Virus record (IMG/VR): IMGVR_UViG_3300033182_000581
Coordinates: 30,492-94,491 of that record
DNA: 64,000 nt
Source of the DNA: a virus
Strand: one strand, 5' to 3'
Shown here: one piece after another, positions 27,714 through 37,290 of the stretch
Numbering within the stretch: the first letter of the stretch is position 1
How the letters are laid out: every line of letters begins with the position of its first letter
Program-made: the position numbers and the translations under genes
Notes under the pieces: generated by a model
Databases searched by the model: none
What the model saw: only the letters and a program-made list of their open reading frames with translations
Told to the model about the DNA's origin: nothing

Positions 27714-28918
27714 TGGATATTAAAGAAGTTTTTAAGAAATATTATAATATGAAACCATATCTTCAGATTGAAGAAGATGAGTGGCAACATATTATTACTA
27801 CTTATGAAAAAGATGAGGTGGTTGATGAACTCGCCAAATGTTTACATACATACCCATGTCCAATACCAGAAATATCTGAAGAAGAAACTCTTAAATCTTT
27901 AAAGTTATTAAAAGGTGTAAAGTGGCCTAAATTACTTATTGAAAAGGAGTGGTTTCCTCGAAATGAGAGAAAATCAAAATACCCTTTAACCGAAAAATAC
28001 TTTAAAAGAGATAATAGCGGAAACAACGCATCAAACCCATTTCACATTGAAAATAGATGGAAGGTGGATTGGACACGTAGTCCATCTGGTTGGAGAACCT
28101 GGCAGACGGTAGATGGTATCAAAACAATTGTTCGTGCATTTTGGAGTTTAGAGCAGGTTTTAACAAAAGTAGATTTACAATCAATTAGAATGGCAACCAC
28201 TCTACGCAAGTATGTGGCTTCTCAATTTAAACCATCGATTGCAAAAGTATTTTATGATTATTTTAAATCAGAAAATGTATTAGATTTTTCAGCAGGTTGG
28301 GGTGATAGGTTGGCCGGGTTCTATTGTGGTGAAACTACAAAACATTATGTTGGTATTGACCCCAATACATTAAATCATCCAAATTATAAAAAACAGATTG
28401 AGTTCTATAAGAAACATCAAACTTTTTTTGAAGAACCAAAGCAGGTGGATTTAATTTGTATGCCCGCAGAAGATGTAGATTTTTCTAAGTACGAAAACCA
28501 CTTTGATACTGTATTTACATCCCCACCATATTTCGATGTTGAACGATATTCGGATGAGGATACACAAAGTTGGGTAAGGTATAAAAATATAGATGATTGG
28601 AATAAAAACTTTTTACATAAAACACTTGGTAATATCATTCCAGCTGTAAAAAAAGGTGGTATATTGGCAATCAATATTGCGGATGTTTGGTCTGCAAAAG
28701 ATAAGGATTACTTTGAGATTTGTAATCCTATGAATGAGTTTTTAGAATCACAAGGATTAACATATTATGGTTGTATCGGAATGGAGATGACAAAGAGATT
28801 TAATTCAGGTGGTGCAGGAAATGCTAAGAGTGAGTATTTTGAGGAACATTTAAAAGAAACAACTGAAGAGAAAAAAGATGTTGCTTTTGGTGAACCGATT
28901 TGGATTTTTAAAAAATAA
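27713..28918 (+). CDS. DNA amino-methyltransferase, paralog 2 (likely GTG start 27713)
   Basis: Same motifs, colinear with paralog 1; GTG start aligns the N-termini. Confidence 0.85.
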   Translation: MDIKEVFKKYYNMKPYLQIEEDEWQHIITTYEKDEVVDELAKCLHTYPCPIPEISEEETLKSLKLLKGVKWPKLLIEKEWFPRNERKSKYPLTEKYFKRDNSGNNASNPFHIENRWKVDWTRSPSGWRTWQTVDGIKTIVRAFWSLEQVLTKVDLQSIRMATTLRKYVASQFKPSIAKVFYDYFKSENVLDFSAGWGDRLAGFYCGETTKHYVGIDPNTLNHPNYKKQIEFYKKHQTFFEEPKQVDLICMPAEDVDFSKYENHFDTVFTSPPYFDVERYSDEDTQSWVRYKNIDDWNKNFLHKTLGNIIPAVKKGGILAINIADVWSAKDKDYFEICNPMNEFLESQGLTYYGCIGMEMTKRFNSGGAGNAKSEYFEEHLKETTEEKKDVAFGEPIWIFKK

Positions 28919-28930
28919 TTTGTATATTTA
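28899..28930 (+). promoter_or_regulatory. Bacteroidota-type promoter before DNA polymerase B
   Basis: TTTG 28899, TATATTTA 28923, 20-nt spacer; ATG at 28935. Confidence 0.65.
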
Positions 28931-28934
28931 ACGT

Positions 28935-31442
28935 ATGTATCAAAATGTGTATTGGGAAAAAGAGGGGGGAATCGTCCATTGTTGGGATGATGAGAAAGGT
29001 TACTTTACAAAGAAGTATAGAAATTATGCTTATGTAAGGGATGGTAATGGTTCTTATCAATCCATTTATGGTGAAAGATTAAAGAAAATCAACTTTTGGA
29101 AAAAGGAAGATAATCTGAAACTTTACGAATCAGATGTAAATGAGATGACCCGTTTCCTAATTGATGAGTATGGTGATTCTGATGAAGTATCAAACGGACA
29201 TGTAATTATGACATTTGATATTGAGGTAGAAATGAATTCAGGCCTACCAGATACCAATGAAGCCCAAAACACAATGACATCAGTTGCGTTCCACGACTCT
29301 GCAACAAATGATTACTTTGTATATGTTGTAAATGAAGGTGAAGAGATAAATAAAACCATTAAGGGTGCAAAGGTTCGTTCATTCCGTTCTGAAGAAGATA
29401 TGTTAATTGCATTCTTAAACAGTTGGGAAGAGATTTCACCCACTATCATCACCGGGTGGAACATTGATTTCTTTGATGTTACTTATCTATACAATCGATT
29501 GAAGAGATTGTTTGGTACATCAACTGCAAACAGATTATCACCAATCAAAAAAGTACATTGGAATAAGTATCGTAATAGATATATCATTGCAGGTGTATCT
29601 GCATTAGATTATATTGCGTTGTATAAAAACTTCACATATACAGAACTACCTAATTACCGATTAGACACTGTCGCAAGAGAAGAACTAAACAGAGGTAAGG
29701 TTGAGTACGATGGGAACTTAGACCAACTATTTAGAGATGATTTAGAAAAGTTTATTGAGTATAACTTAGTGGATGTGGAGTTGGTTGTTGATATGGATAA
29801 GAAACTTCAGTTCATTGATTTGGCACGTGCAATTTGCCATGCAGGACACGTATTCTATGAAGATTTCCTATTCTCATCAAAGTGGTTAGAAGGTGCGATT
29901 CTAACATTCCTAAGAAGAAGTGGTAGGGTGGCACCTGATAAACCGCAAAGGAAACAATCAACTGATGGTGGTTCGGATTCATTTGCTGGTGCGTATGTAA
30001 AAGAACCAAAACCTGGTCTTTACAAATGGATATATGATTTGGATTTAACATCACTATACCCATCTATTATTATGACAATAAACATATCACCCGAAACAAA
30101 GGTGGGTAAAGTAAAGGGATATTCTGTTGATTCTCATATGAAATCCCAAATAGAATCATATAGTATTGTTGAAGATAGTGGTAGAGAATTACCAGCTATG
30201 GAAAAATCAAAGTTTGAAGATTTTATTTCTAATACAAACCTATCCATAGCATCAAATGGTGTACTATATACGCAGGATAAGGTAGGTGTAATACCTGAGA
30301 TTCTTAACGTATGGTTTGATAAGAGGGTTGAGTATAAAGACCTGATGAAGAAATATGGTAAAGAGGGTAATACCAAATTGTACAACTTCTATTCCCAAAG
30401 ACAGTTAGTTCAAAAGATTATGTTGAACTCACTTTATGGAGTATTGGGATTACCATCATTTAGATTCTATGATGTGGATAACGCAGAGGCCGTAACACTT
30501 ACAGGTCAAACTGTAATTAAAACAACTGAGTTGATTGCAAACCAATATTATAGTCAAAATATTGGAGAAACAAAAGATTACAACATATATGTTGATACTG
30601 ATTCTGTATTCTATGAGGCAGCACCATTGGTTAAATCGAGAAATCCAAACATAGATGTAAACTCAGATGAACAAATGATTCCTGCAATTCTATCGGTTGC
30701 TAAGGAAGTACAAGACCACATTAATAAAACTTATGATGTGATGTCAAAACGTATGTTCAATGTGGCTAATCATAGATTTGATATTAAGCAGGAAACTATT
30801 GCAAAGGGTGGTTTTTGGGTATCAAAGAAAAGATACGCTCAATGGATTATCAACGATAATACTGTGAATTGTGATAAGTTGGATGTGAAAGGGTTGGATG
30901 TTAAACGTAGTTCATTCCCAACTTATTTCAAAGAAGTGATGAGTACCGTACTGATGGATATTCTAAAGGATGAGGATAAAGATAAAATTGATGATTATAT
31001 TCTATCTAAGAGAGATGAAATGAAAACTATCAACTTTATCGATATAGCAAAGAACTCAGCAGTTAAGGATATGAGTAAGTACCAATTTAAGAATCAGGCA
31101 ATTGGTGAGTTTATGAAAGGAACACCTGCACACGTTAAGGCAGCACTTACATATAACCAATTACTGAAGTATTATAATGCACCTTACAAATACGAACCGA
31201 TGAAAGATGGTGATAAGATTAAGTGGGTGTATTTAAAAAACAACCCATTAGGATTAGGTTCTGTTGGGTTAACGGGTTATAACGACCCAAAAGAGATTTT
31301 GGATTTGGTGGAACAATACATTGATTATGACTTAATCTGGCAAAAAGAATTAGAAAATAAGTTAGATGATTTCTACAATGCAATGGATTGGGAGAAACCA
31401 AATCCAAATATGGCTAAAGCATCAAAGTTTTTTGGATTTTAA
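28935..31442 (+). CDS. Family B DNA polymerase (gp43-like)
   Basis: Exo FDIE, GWNIDFFD, YNLVD; Pol DLTSLYPS, KIMLNSLYG, YVDTDS, KKRY. Confidence 0.96.
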   Translation: MYQNVYWEKEGGIVHCWDDEKGYFTKKYRNYAYVRDGNGSYQSIYGERLKKINFWKKEDNLKLYESDVNEMTRFLIDEYGDSDEVSNGHVIMTFDIEVEMNSGLPDTNEAQNTMTSVAFHDSATNDYFVYVVNEGEEINKTIKGAKVRSFRSEEDMLIAFLNSWEEISPTIITGWNIDFFDVTYLYNRLKRLFGTSTANRLSPIKKVHWNKYRNRYIIAGVSALDYIALYKNFTYTELPNYRLDTVAREELNRGKVEYDGNLDQLFRDDLEKFIEYNLVDVELVVDMDKKLQFIDLARAICHAGHVFYEDFLFSSKWLEGAILTFLRRSGRVAPDKPQRKQSTDGGSDSFAGAYVKEPKPGLYKWIYDLDLTSLYPSIIMTINISPETKVGKVKGYSVDSHMKSQIESYSIVEDSGRELPAMEKSKFEDFISNTNLSIASNGVLYTQDKVGVIPEILNVWFDKRVEYKDLMKKYGKEGNTKLYNFYSQRQLVQKIMLNSLYGVLGLPSFRFYDVDNAEAVTLTGQTVIKTTELIANQYYSQNIGETKDYNIYVDTDSVFYEAAPLVKSRNPNIDVNSDEQMIPAILSVAKEVQDHINKTYDVMSKRMFNVANHRFDIKQETIAKGGFWVSKKRYAQWIINDNTVNCDKLDVKGLDVKRSSFPTYFKEVMSTVLMDILKDEDKDKIDDYILSKRDEMKTINFIDIAKNSAVKDMSKYQFKNQAIGEFMKGTPAHVKAALTYNQLLKYYNAPYKYEPMKDGDKIKWVYLKNNPLGLGSVGLTGYNDPKEILDLVEQYIDYDLIWQKELENKLDDFYNAMDWEKPNPNMAKASKFFGF

Positions 31443-31474
31443 TTTGGATAGTTCAAAAAGTTTTTGTATATTTG
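31443..31474 (+). promoter_or_regulatory. Bacteroidota-type promoter before sliding clamp
   Basis: TTTG 31443, TATATTTG 31467, 20-nt spacer. Confidence 0.8.
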
Positions 31475-31504
31475 TATCAATTAATTATTTAAAAGTTTAA
31501 AATT

Positions 31505-32218
31505 ATGGAAAAAGTTCGTGTAAACCGATTTATTCAGAAGTACAACCTTGCTGGGTTAATCGAATCTGTGAAGTGGGGTGTCGAGGGAGACACATTAACC
31601 ACGCAATTTATTTCAGATGACAAATCCGTGCTAGGTAATGTTACTATGACAGGTTTTGATTTTGAAGATGGTGAGTATGGTATTTACGATACCACAAAGT
31701 TCACCAAAATGTTATCAGTATTATCAAATGATGTAGATATCACTCCATCTAAGTTTGATGGTAAGGTAACTGCCATTGATTTATCTGATAAAGGTACATC
31801 GGCAACTTATATGTTGGCAGACCTCTCAGTTATTCCAGTTGTTCCTGATTTGAAACAACTACCACCATTCGATGTTCAAATTGATATCGATTCTACATTT
31901 GTAGATAGATTCAATAAGGCAAAGAGTGCTCTTTCTGATGAGAAAAACTTTACATTCCAATGTAAGGGTGGTAATGGTAAAATCATCATTGGTTATTCTA
32001 AAACCAATACTAACAGAATCTCTATTGATGTAAATTGTAAATGTGAAAACGATGTAGATGGTATTTCATTCTCAGCAGATTTCTTAAAAGAAATTCTAAA
32101 TGCAAATAGAGATGCATCTTCGGCATCATTAAAGATTTCAACACAAGGATTGGCTAACCTAAAATTCGATGTAGACAATTATACATCTGAATATTACTTA
32201 GTAGAGGTACAATCATAA
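31505..32218 (+). CDS. Sliding clamp (gp45/PCNA-like)
   Basis: 237 aa; GIYD...LSVL, SFSADFLKEIL, YYLV C-terminus; next to PolB and clamp loader. Confidence 0.75.
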   Translation: MEKVRVNRFIQKYNLAGLIESVKWGVEGDTLTTQFISDDKSVLGNVTMTGFDFEDGEYGIYDTTKFTKMLSVLSNDVDITPSKFDGKVTAIDLSDKGTSATYMLADLSVIPVVPDLKQLPPFDVQIDIDSTFVDRFNKAKSALSDEKNFTFQCKGGNGKIIIGYSKTNTNRISIDVNCKCENDVDGISFSADFLKEILNANRDASSASLKISTQGLANLKFDVDNYTSEYYLVEVQS

Positions 32219-33849
32219 TGAATCATTTTTACGAACGTTCACAGTTTTCCACATTTAAATCCAATACAACTTATCATCAGTTACTACAAATGACTGATGA
32301 TGAGTTTGTGGATTGGGCTCGTACGCTTCGTAAAGAGGTTACAGAGCAGTGGGATGAAAGAGGTACTCCACCTGTTATAGGTAAGAATGAGAAAGGTATC
32401 ATAACTTCTATGAAAAAACTTAAATCCAACTCTGCAGATTATTGGGAGAAAGATTTGAGTGGAGATAGTGGTTCATTGGGTATCATCAAAAATTTCAATA
32501 AAGATGCATCAGTTGTAAATCAGTTTTTCCCAACAATGTTAAAAACTAAGATTTCAATTGGTAAATCTGCAGATGGTGGGTTGAGTATTTATGACCATTT
32601 CTCAGACCCCGATATGGAAGATAAGTTCGTAAAGATTATGAAACGGTCTGTAAAAAGGGATTCAATGTATTCCTGGTCGCGTTCTATTGTTAATAAGAGG
32701 GATGAGAACCCATTTTGGAATGGTCAAACTGGATATGATTTTGTAAAAGAAGTACATGATGGTAAAATATTCAATGGGAAATATTCTAATTACTCAATAG
32801 TTCTTGCAAAGGTAAAAGAAGATACTTTAGAGAATTATGGAACTTTCAACGCAGAGTATGTTGGGTTTAGTAATCTTTATTTATCTGCAGATGAAGTTAA
32901 TGAACTAAAAGATGGTGGGTATCTGAACCAAACCCAATTATCAAACATCGATAAAATAGAACCATCATATGAACTAAAAGATGGTACTAAGAAGAATTAT
33001 CACTATTTAATTCGATGGTATGATAAGACAGTTGGTATATTCCCTAAAATACTTCAGGTATTTAGATTAGGATGTGGACAACCCGCAGTTAACTTCCCGG
33101 CCCTTACTGCTAAATGGATTTATGAAAACTATACATCACATATTGAGCAAGATGAACCATTAAACATTTATGATTCATCTGCAGGTTGGGGTGGTAGAAT
33201 TATGGGTGCTATGAGTAGTAGAAAGAAAATCCACTACATTGGAACTGACCCAAATCCCGATAACTTTATTGATGAATTAGGTATCACACGATATGAATAT
33301 CTTGCAGATTTCTACAATAAAAATTGTGTTGATGATTTCTCAGATAAACTAACAACATTCTTTAATGTAGAAAAACAATCTAATACATATGATGTTTATC
33401 AAGAGGGTTCTGAATTAATTCAACATAATCCAAACTTTCAGAAGTATAAAGGTAAGTTGGATTTGGCGTTCACATCACCGCCGTACTTTAATAGAGAACA
33501 ATATTCACAAGATGAAAAACAATCATTTAAGGCGTATGGTGAGTATGAAGATTGGAGAGATAACTTTCTTAGACCAACTTTAACTACAATCTATGAATAT
33601 CTTAAAAATGATAGATACATCCTTTGGAATATTGCAGATATTAAAATCGGTAGTAATACATATTACCCATTAGAGCAAGATTCAATTGATATCTTAGAAG
33701 AGTTGGGTTGTGAGTATAAGGGTAAGTTGAAAATGTTGATGACAAGAATGATTGGATTAGACCCATCTAAGAGTGGTATTAAAAACGCAGTAGAGTATGA
33801 AGGAAAGGCTTATAAGTTTGAACCTATATTTGTATTTCACAAACCATGA
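32218..33849 (+). CDS. DNA amino-methyltransferase, paralog 3 (with large insertion)
   Basis: VNFPALTAK, YDSSAGWGGR, GTDPN, FTSPPYFNREQY, EPIFVF. Confidence 0.82.
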   Translation: MNHFYERSQFSTFKSNTTYHQLLQMTDDEFVDWARTLRKEVTEQWDERGTPPVIGKNEKGIITSMKKLKSNSADYWEKDLSGDSGSLGIIKNFNKDASVVNQFFPTMLKTKISIGKSADGGLSIYDHFSDPDMEDKFVKIMKRSVKRDSMYSWSRSIVNKRDENPFWNGQTGYDFVKEVHDGKIFNGKYSNYSIVLAKVKEDTLENYGTFNAEYVGFSNLYLSADEVNELKDGGYLNQTQLSNIDKIEPSYELKDGTKKNYHYLIRWYDKTVGIFPKILQVFRLGCGQPAVNFPALTAKWIYENYTSHIEQDEPLNIYDSSAGWGGRIMGAMSSRKKIHYIGTDPNPDNFIDELGITRYEYLADFYNKNCVDDFSDKLTTFFNVEKQSNTYDVYQEGSELIQHNPNFQKYKGKLDLAFTSPPYFNREQYSQDEKQSFKAYGEYEDWRDNFLRPTLTTIYEYLKNDRYILWNIADIKIGSNTYYPLEQDSIDILEELGCEYKGKLKMLMTRMIGLDPSKSGIKNAVEYEGKAYKFEPIFVFHKP

Positions 33850-34343
33850 TAAACTTTAATGATTATATAAGTACTGTTCCAAACTATCCAACAGATGATG
33901 TGTTGTATAGAGATATTCAACCGCTTCTAATGAATCAGATGGTATTCAAAGAGGTAATCAAACGAATGGGTAGCATGGTTACTATACCCAATTATTGGGT
34001 TGCGTTGGAATCAAGAGGATTTCTATTTGCAACAGCGTTATCGTATAAGTTTGGTGGTGGAGTTCGATTGATTAGAAAACCAGGTAAACTTCCAAACGAT
34101 GGTGTTATTACAGTACCATATGAATTGGAATATGGAAGTGGCCACTTAGAAATGGCAGTATTTGATGAAGAAGATGCAACTTGTGTAATTGTGGATGATG
34201 TATTCGCAACAGGTGGAACTATGAGAGCAGCACAAATTCTTTGTGAAGCAAATGGGTTAGAGGTAATTGATAAGTTAGTTCTTATTGATATTGGTATTAC
34301 TGAATCGGATGATGTAAAATCCCTAATATATTATGGCGAGTAA
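33846..34343 (+). CDS. apt: Adenine phosphoribosyltransferase
   Basis: ESRGF, RKPGKLP, YELEYG, PRPP motif IVDDVFATGGT. Confidence 0.9.
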   Translation: MINFNDYISTVPNYPTDDVLYRDIQPLLMNQMVFKEVIKRMGSMVTIPNYWVALESRGFLFATALSYKFGGGVRLIRKPGKLPNDGVITVPYELEYGSGHLEMAVFDEEDATCVIVDDVFATGGTMRAAQILCEANGLEVIDKLVLIDIGITESDDVKSLIYYGE

Positions 34344-34899
34344 CATCCTATTACTTTCGGCAACCGATTTAGAACACAACCAAACCTCAATCGGTGATTG
34401 GCCAATACACATTACAGGTGTGGGTAAGATATCATCTGCGTTAAGAACTACTGAATTAATAAAAGAACACAAACCTCTTTTAGTGATTAATTTTGGTTCA
34501 TGTGGTAATCTTAAAAATCACAAAGTAGGTGAGTTGTTGAGTGTGGGTAAGGTTTATAATGATATTGATGCAAGACCATTTGCAGAATATGGGCAAACAC
34601 CATTTTCCCCATTAAGAGAAATTGGTTTAGATTCAAAATCAGATATTAAATGCTTCACTACTGATATTATTTATGATATTGGTAGAGGGGATTACCCAAC
34701 ACAATACCAACAAATGATTAAAGAGTGTGATATCGTAGATATGGAGTTGTACTCAATTGCGTGGGTTTGTAGGTATTACTCTAAACCATTGTTATCCTAC
34801 AAATGGGTGAGTGATGATGGTGAAACTGATAAGTGGGAAGAAAACGCATCAAAAGGGTTTAACAAATTTAAATCTGAGATTTTAAATAAATTTGGATAA
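34333..34899 (+). CDS. mtnN: MTA/SAH nucleosidase (PNP/UDP family)
   Basis: TGVGK, INFGSCG, VDME, KWVSD. Confidence 0.82.
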   Translation: MASNILLLSATDLEHNQTSIGDWPIHITGVGKISSALRTTELIKEHKPLLVINFGSCGNLKNHKVGELLSVGKVYNDIDARPFAEYGQTPFSPLREIGLDSKSDIKCFTTDIIYDIGRGDYPTQYQQMIKECDIVDMELYSIAWVCRYYSKPLLSYKWVSDDGETDKWEENASKGFNKFKSEILNKFG

Positions 34900-34922
34900 T
34901 TAAAAAATAATTAGTATATTTG
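34891..34922 (+). promoter_or_regulatory. Bacteroidota-type promoter before clamp loader
   Basis: TTTG 34891, TATATTTG 34915, 20-nt spacer; ATG at 34927. Confidence 0.8.
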
Positions 34923-34926
34923 TAAT

Positions 34927-35856
34927 ATGAACAAAAACGAAAATACGTTGTGGGTTGAAAAATATAGACCCGATACATTAGAAGGTTATGTTGGTAACGA
35001 ACATATTCTTGAGAAGGTAAGAATTTACATTCAGAATGAGGATGTTCCACATCTTCTATTATATGGTCAAGCAGGTACTGGTAAAACCACATTGGCTAAA
35101 ATCATCACTAATCAGATTGATTGTGATGTGATGTACATCAACGCATCTGATGAAAATAATGTTGATACGGTAAGAGATAAAATCAGAGGATTTGCATCAT
35201 CTATGGGATTCCGTAAGTGGAAAGTTATTATTTTGGATGAGAGTGATTACCTTACACCAAACGCACAGGCAGCACTTCGTAATCTGATGGAAACTTTTTC
35301 CAAAACTACAAGGTTTATTTTGACTTGTAATTATGTAGAAAAAATTATTGACCCCATTCAAAGTAGATGTCAAACCTTTGGAATTACACCACCATCTAAG
35401 AAAGAGGTTGCAATTCGATTAAAAGAAATTTTAGATTTGGAAGGTGTAACTTATGAAATGCCTGATTTGGCAACATTAGTTAATAGTGGGTATCCTGATA
35501 TTCGTAGGGTATTAAACGCAGCCCAAAGACAGGTTGTAAATGGTAATTTAAAGATTGATAAAGCATCTACCATTCAAGCAAACTATATGGATGAGGTTTT
35601 AGAGATTTTAAAATCTAATAGTAATCTAAAGGATTCATTCAGAAATGTAAGACAAATTATCGCGGATTCGAAGGTAAAAGATTTTACACCATTCTATCGA
35701 TTCCTATATGATAATGTTGATGAATACGCAAGTGGTAAGGCGGGTAACATTATCTTAAAGATAGCAGAAGCACAATACCAGGATGCATCAGTAGTTGATA
35801 AAGAAATCAATGTGATGGCAATGATGTTACAAATTTTAATTGATATAAAAGGATAA
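34927..35856 (+). CDS. Clamp loader ATPase subunit (gp44/RFC-like)
   Basis: WVEKYRP, GQAGTGKTT, INASD, ILDESD, SRC. Confidence 0.95.
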   Translation: MNKNENTLWVEKYRPDTLEGYVGNEHILEKVRIYIQNEDVPHLLLYGQAGTGKTTLAKIITNQIDCDVMYINASDENNVDTVRDKIRGFASSMGFRKWKVIILDESDYLTPNAQAALRNLMETFSKTTRFILTCNYVEKIIDPIQSRCQTFGITPPSKKEVAIRLKEILDLEGVTYEMPDLATLVNSGYPDIRRVLNAAQRQVVNGNLKIDKASTIQANYMDEVLEILKSNSNLKDSFRNVRQIIADSKVKDFTPFYRFLYDNVDEYASGKAGNIILKIAEAQYQDASVVDKEINVMAMMLQILIDIKG

Positions 35857-35859
35857 GTT

Positions 35860-36120
35860 ATGGCAAAAGGAAAAGGAAAAGTTGTGGGTATGAAACCACA
35901 ACAACAAGCACCACAATTGAACATTGACCCAACTAAGTTGGATACTGTTTCATGTGAAAATTGTGAAGGTATCTTCTTTGAAGAAGTTACAATGTTTAAA
36001 GAAGTTCCAGCAGTTCAATCACCTAATGGACAGAAATCAATGTTACCGATTCCTGTTGTTAGATGTGCAGAATGTGGAAACGTATCAGAGAAATTCTTAC
36101 CTAAAGAGTTGTTACCTTAA
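35860..36120 (+). CDS. Zinc-ribbon hypothetical protein
   Basis: CENC...CAECG. Confidence 0.75.
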   Translation: MAKGKGKVVGMKPQQQAPQLNIDPTKLDTVSCENCEGIFFEEVTMFKEVPAVQSPNGQKSMLPIPVVRCAECGNVSEKFLPKELLP

Positions 36121-36572
36121 TGGCTAAGAAGAGTGATACATCGGTAAAGGCTAAGAGTATATTTGACCATCTTAGTGGTATAAAGGAAAAGAAGGTTGCT
36201 TGGGAATCTCTATCAGAGATGGATAAGAAATCATTCTCACCATTTATTATCAATCGATGGTTGAGTATGAACTTAGACCTTTTACCAATTATTAACATTC
36301 TTCAGAAATATACAATTGGAACTTTAAAAGAGCGAGAAGTTTACAAATTGTATTTAGATTTCCTACCTAAAGAAAAAACATTTGATAAATACATCAAAGG
36401 TAAGAAAGAAGGAAAGTACAACAAAGAACTCTTAGAGTACCTATCAAAGTGGTATGGTGTATCTCAGAGAGAAGTTAGTGATTATTTAGAGTTACTTTCA
36501 GACGATGAAGTAGTTAAGATTTTAACAAAATATGGTTTAACAGATAAAGAAGCAAAAAAGTTATTAAAATGA
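36120..36572 (+). CDS. Putative clamp loader small subunit (gp62-like)
   Basis: IFDHL...FSPFIINRWLSM pattern; two genes after gp44-like. Confidence 0.65.
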   Translation: MAKKSDTSVKAKSIFDHLSGIKEKKVAWESLSEMDKKSFSPFIINRWLSMNLDLLPIINILQKYTIGTLKEREVYKLYLDFLPKEKTFDKYIKGKKEGKYNKELLEYLSKWYGVSQREVSDYLELLSDDEVVKILTKYGLTDKEAKKLLK

Positions 36573-36823
36573 GTAGATTAGTAGATATGTTAAAAGCATC
36601 AGCAGTTGCTGATAAGGCTAAAGCACTCCTTACGTTGGAGTTGTTAGAAAACAAAGGAGTTGGTATTGGTGACCACTCAACTGGTGATTTTTATGAGAAC
36701 GCAGAAGAGGCGTTGAGAATGTTAGTTGACGCGGATGATAGGTTGATTACGTTGGAAAGATACTTCACTCCACAACAACCACAAACTGAAAAGAAGGATA
36801 CCAAACAACAATTAAATGGATAG
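36569..36823 (+). CDS. Hypothetical protein
   Basis: 84-aa ORF with GVGIGDHS; overlapping operon packing. Confidence 0.7.
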   Translation: MSRLVDMLKASAVADKAKALLTLELLENKGVGIGDHSTGDFYENAEEALRMLVDADDRLITLERYFTPQQPQTEKKDTKQQLNG

Positions 36824-37223
36824 TATAAGAGAAGCAAAAACCAAAGTAGTTCATAGGGGTGAACGTACAATGAGTACGAACAAAGAACAATCCGCAGTTG
36901 ACTTTTGTGAACAAAATTATCCTGAAATGATGGAAGAGTACAAAAGGATTATGTGGGAACAATACGAAACCTTTTGTAAGAAACAACGTAACTATGGGCC
37001 TGATAACATTTCAGTAGGTACTGATTTGAAAACTAAAGATGAGATTAAGATTTCACTTACAGGCCTGTGGTTTAGAATGAACGACAAAATTCAACGACTA
37101 AAACAATTAGTCGTATTGGGTCAACCTGATGAGGTGGGTGAATCGGTACAAGATACATACGCTGACCTTTCAGTATATGGTATCATTGCTCAAATTGTTC
37201 AAAACGGTAAATGGGGTAAATAA
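36816..37223 (+). CDS. DUF1599 / nucleotide-modification-associated domain protein
   Basis: KKQRNYG...RMNDKIQRL...ESVQDTYADLSVYGII. Confidence 0.8.
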   Translation: MDSIREAKTKVVHRGERTMSTNKEQSAVDFCEQNYPEMMEEYKRIMWEQYETFCKKQRNYGPDNISVGTDLKTKDEIKISLTGLWFRMNDKIQRLKQLVVLGQPDEVGESVQDTYADLSVYGIIAQIVQNGKWGK

Positions 37224-37224
37224 T

Positions 37225-37289
37225 TTAACAATATCTTAACATTAGAAATTTGGATTTATCAAATATTATCCGTACTTTAGTACTGTAAT
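37225..37289 (+). promoter_or_regulatory. Repeated element copy 4
   Basis: TTAACA 37225, TTAACA 37236, TTTG 37249, TACTTTAG 37273. Confidence 0.8.
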
Positions 37290-37290
37290 A

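Noticed and set aside
14378-31442. Inteins or group I introns in recA, helicase, nrdA or polB
   Set aside because: Protein lengths are normal and the conserved motifs are contiguous.
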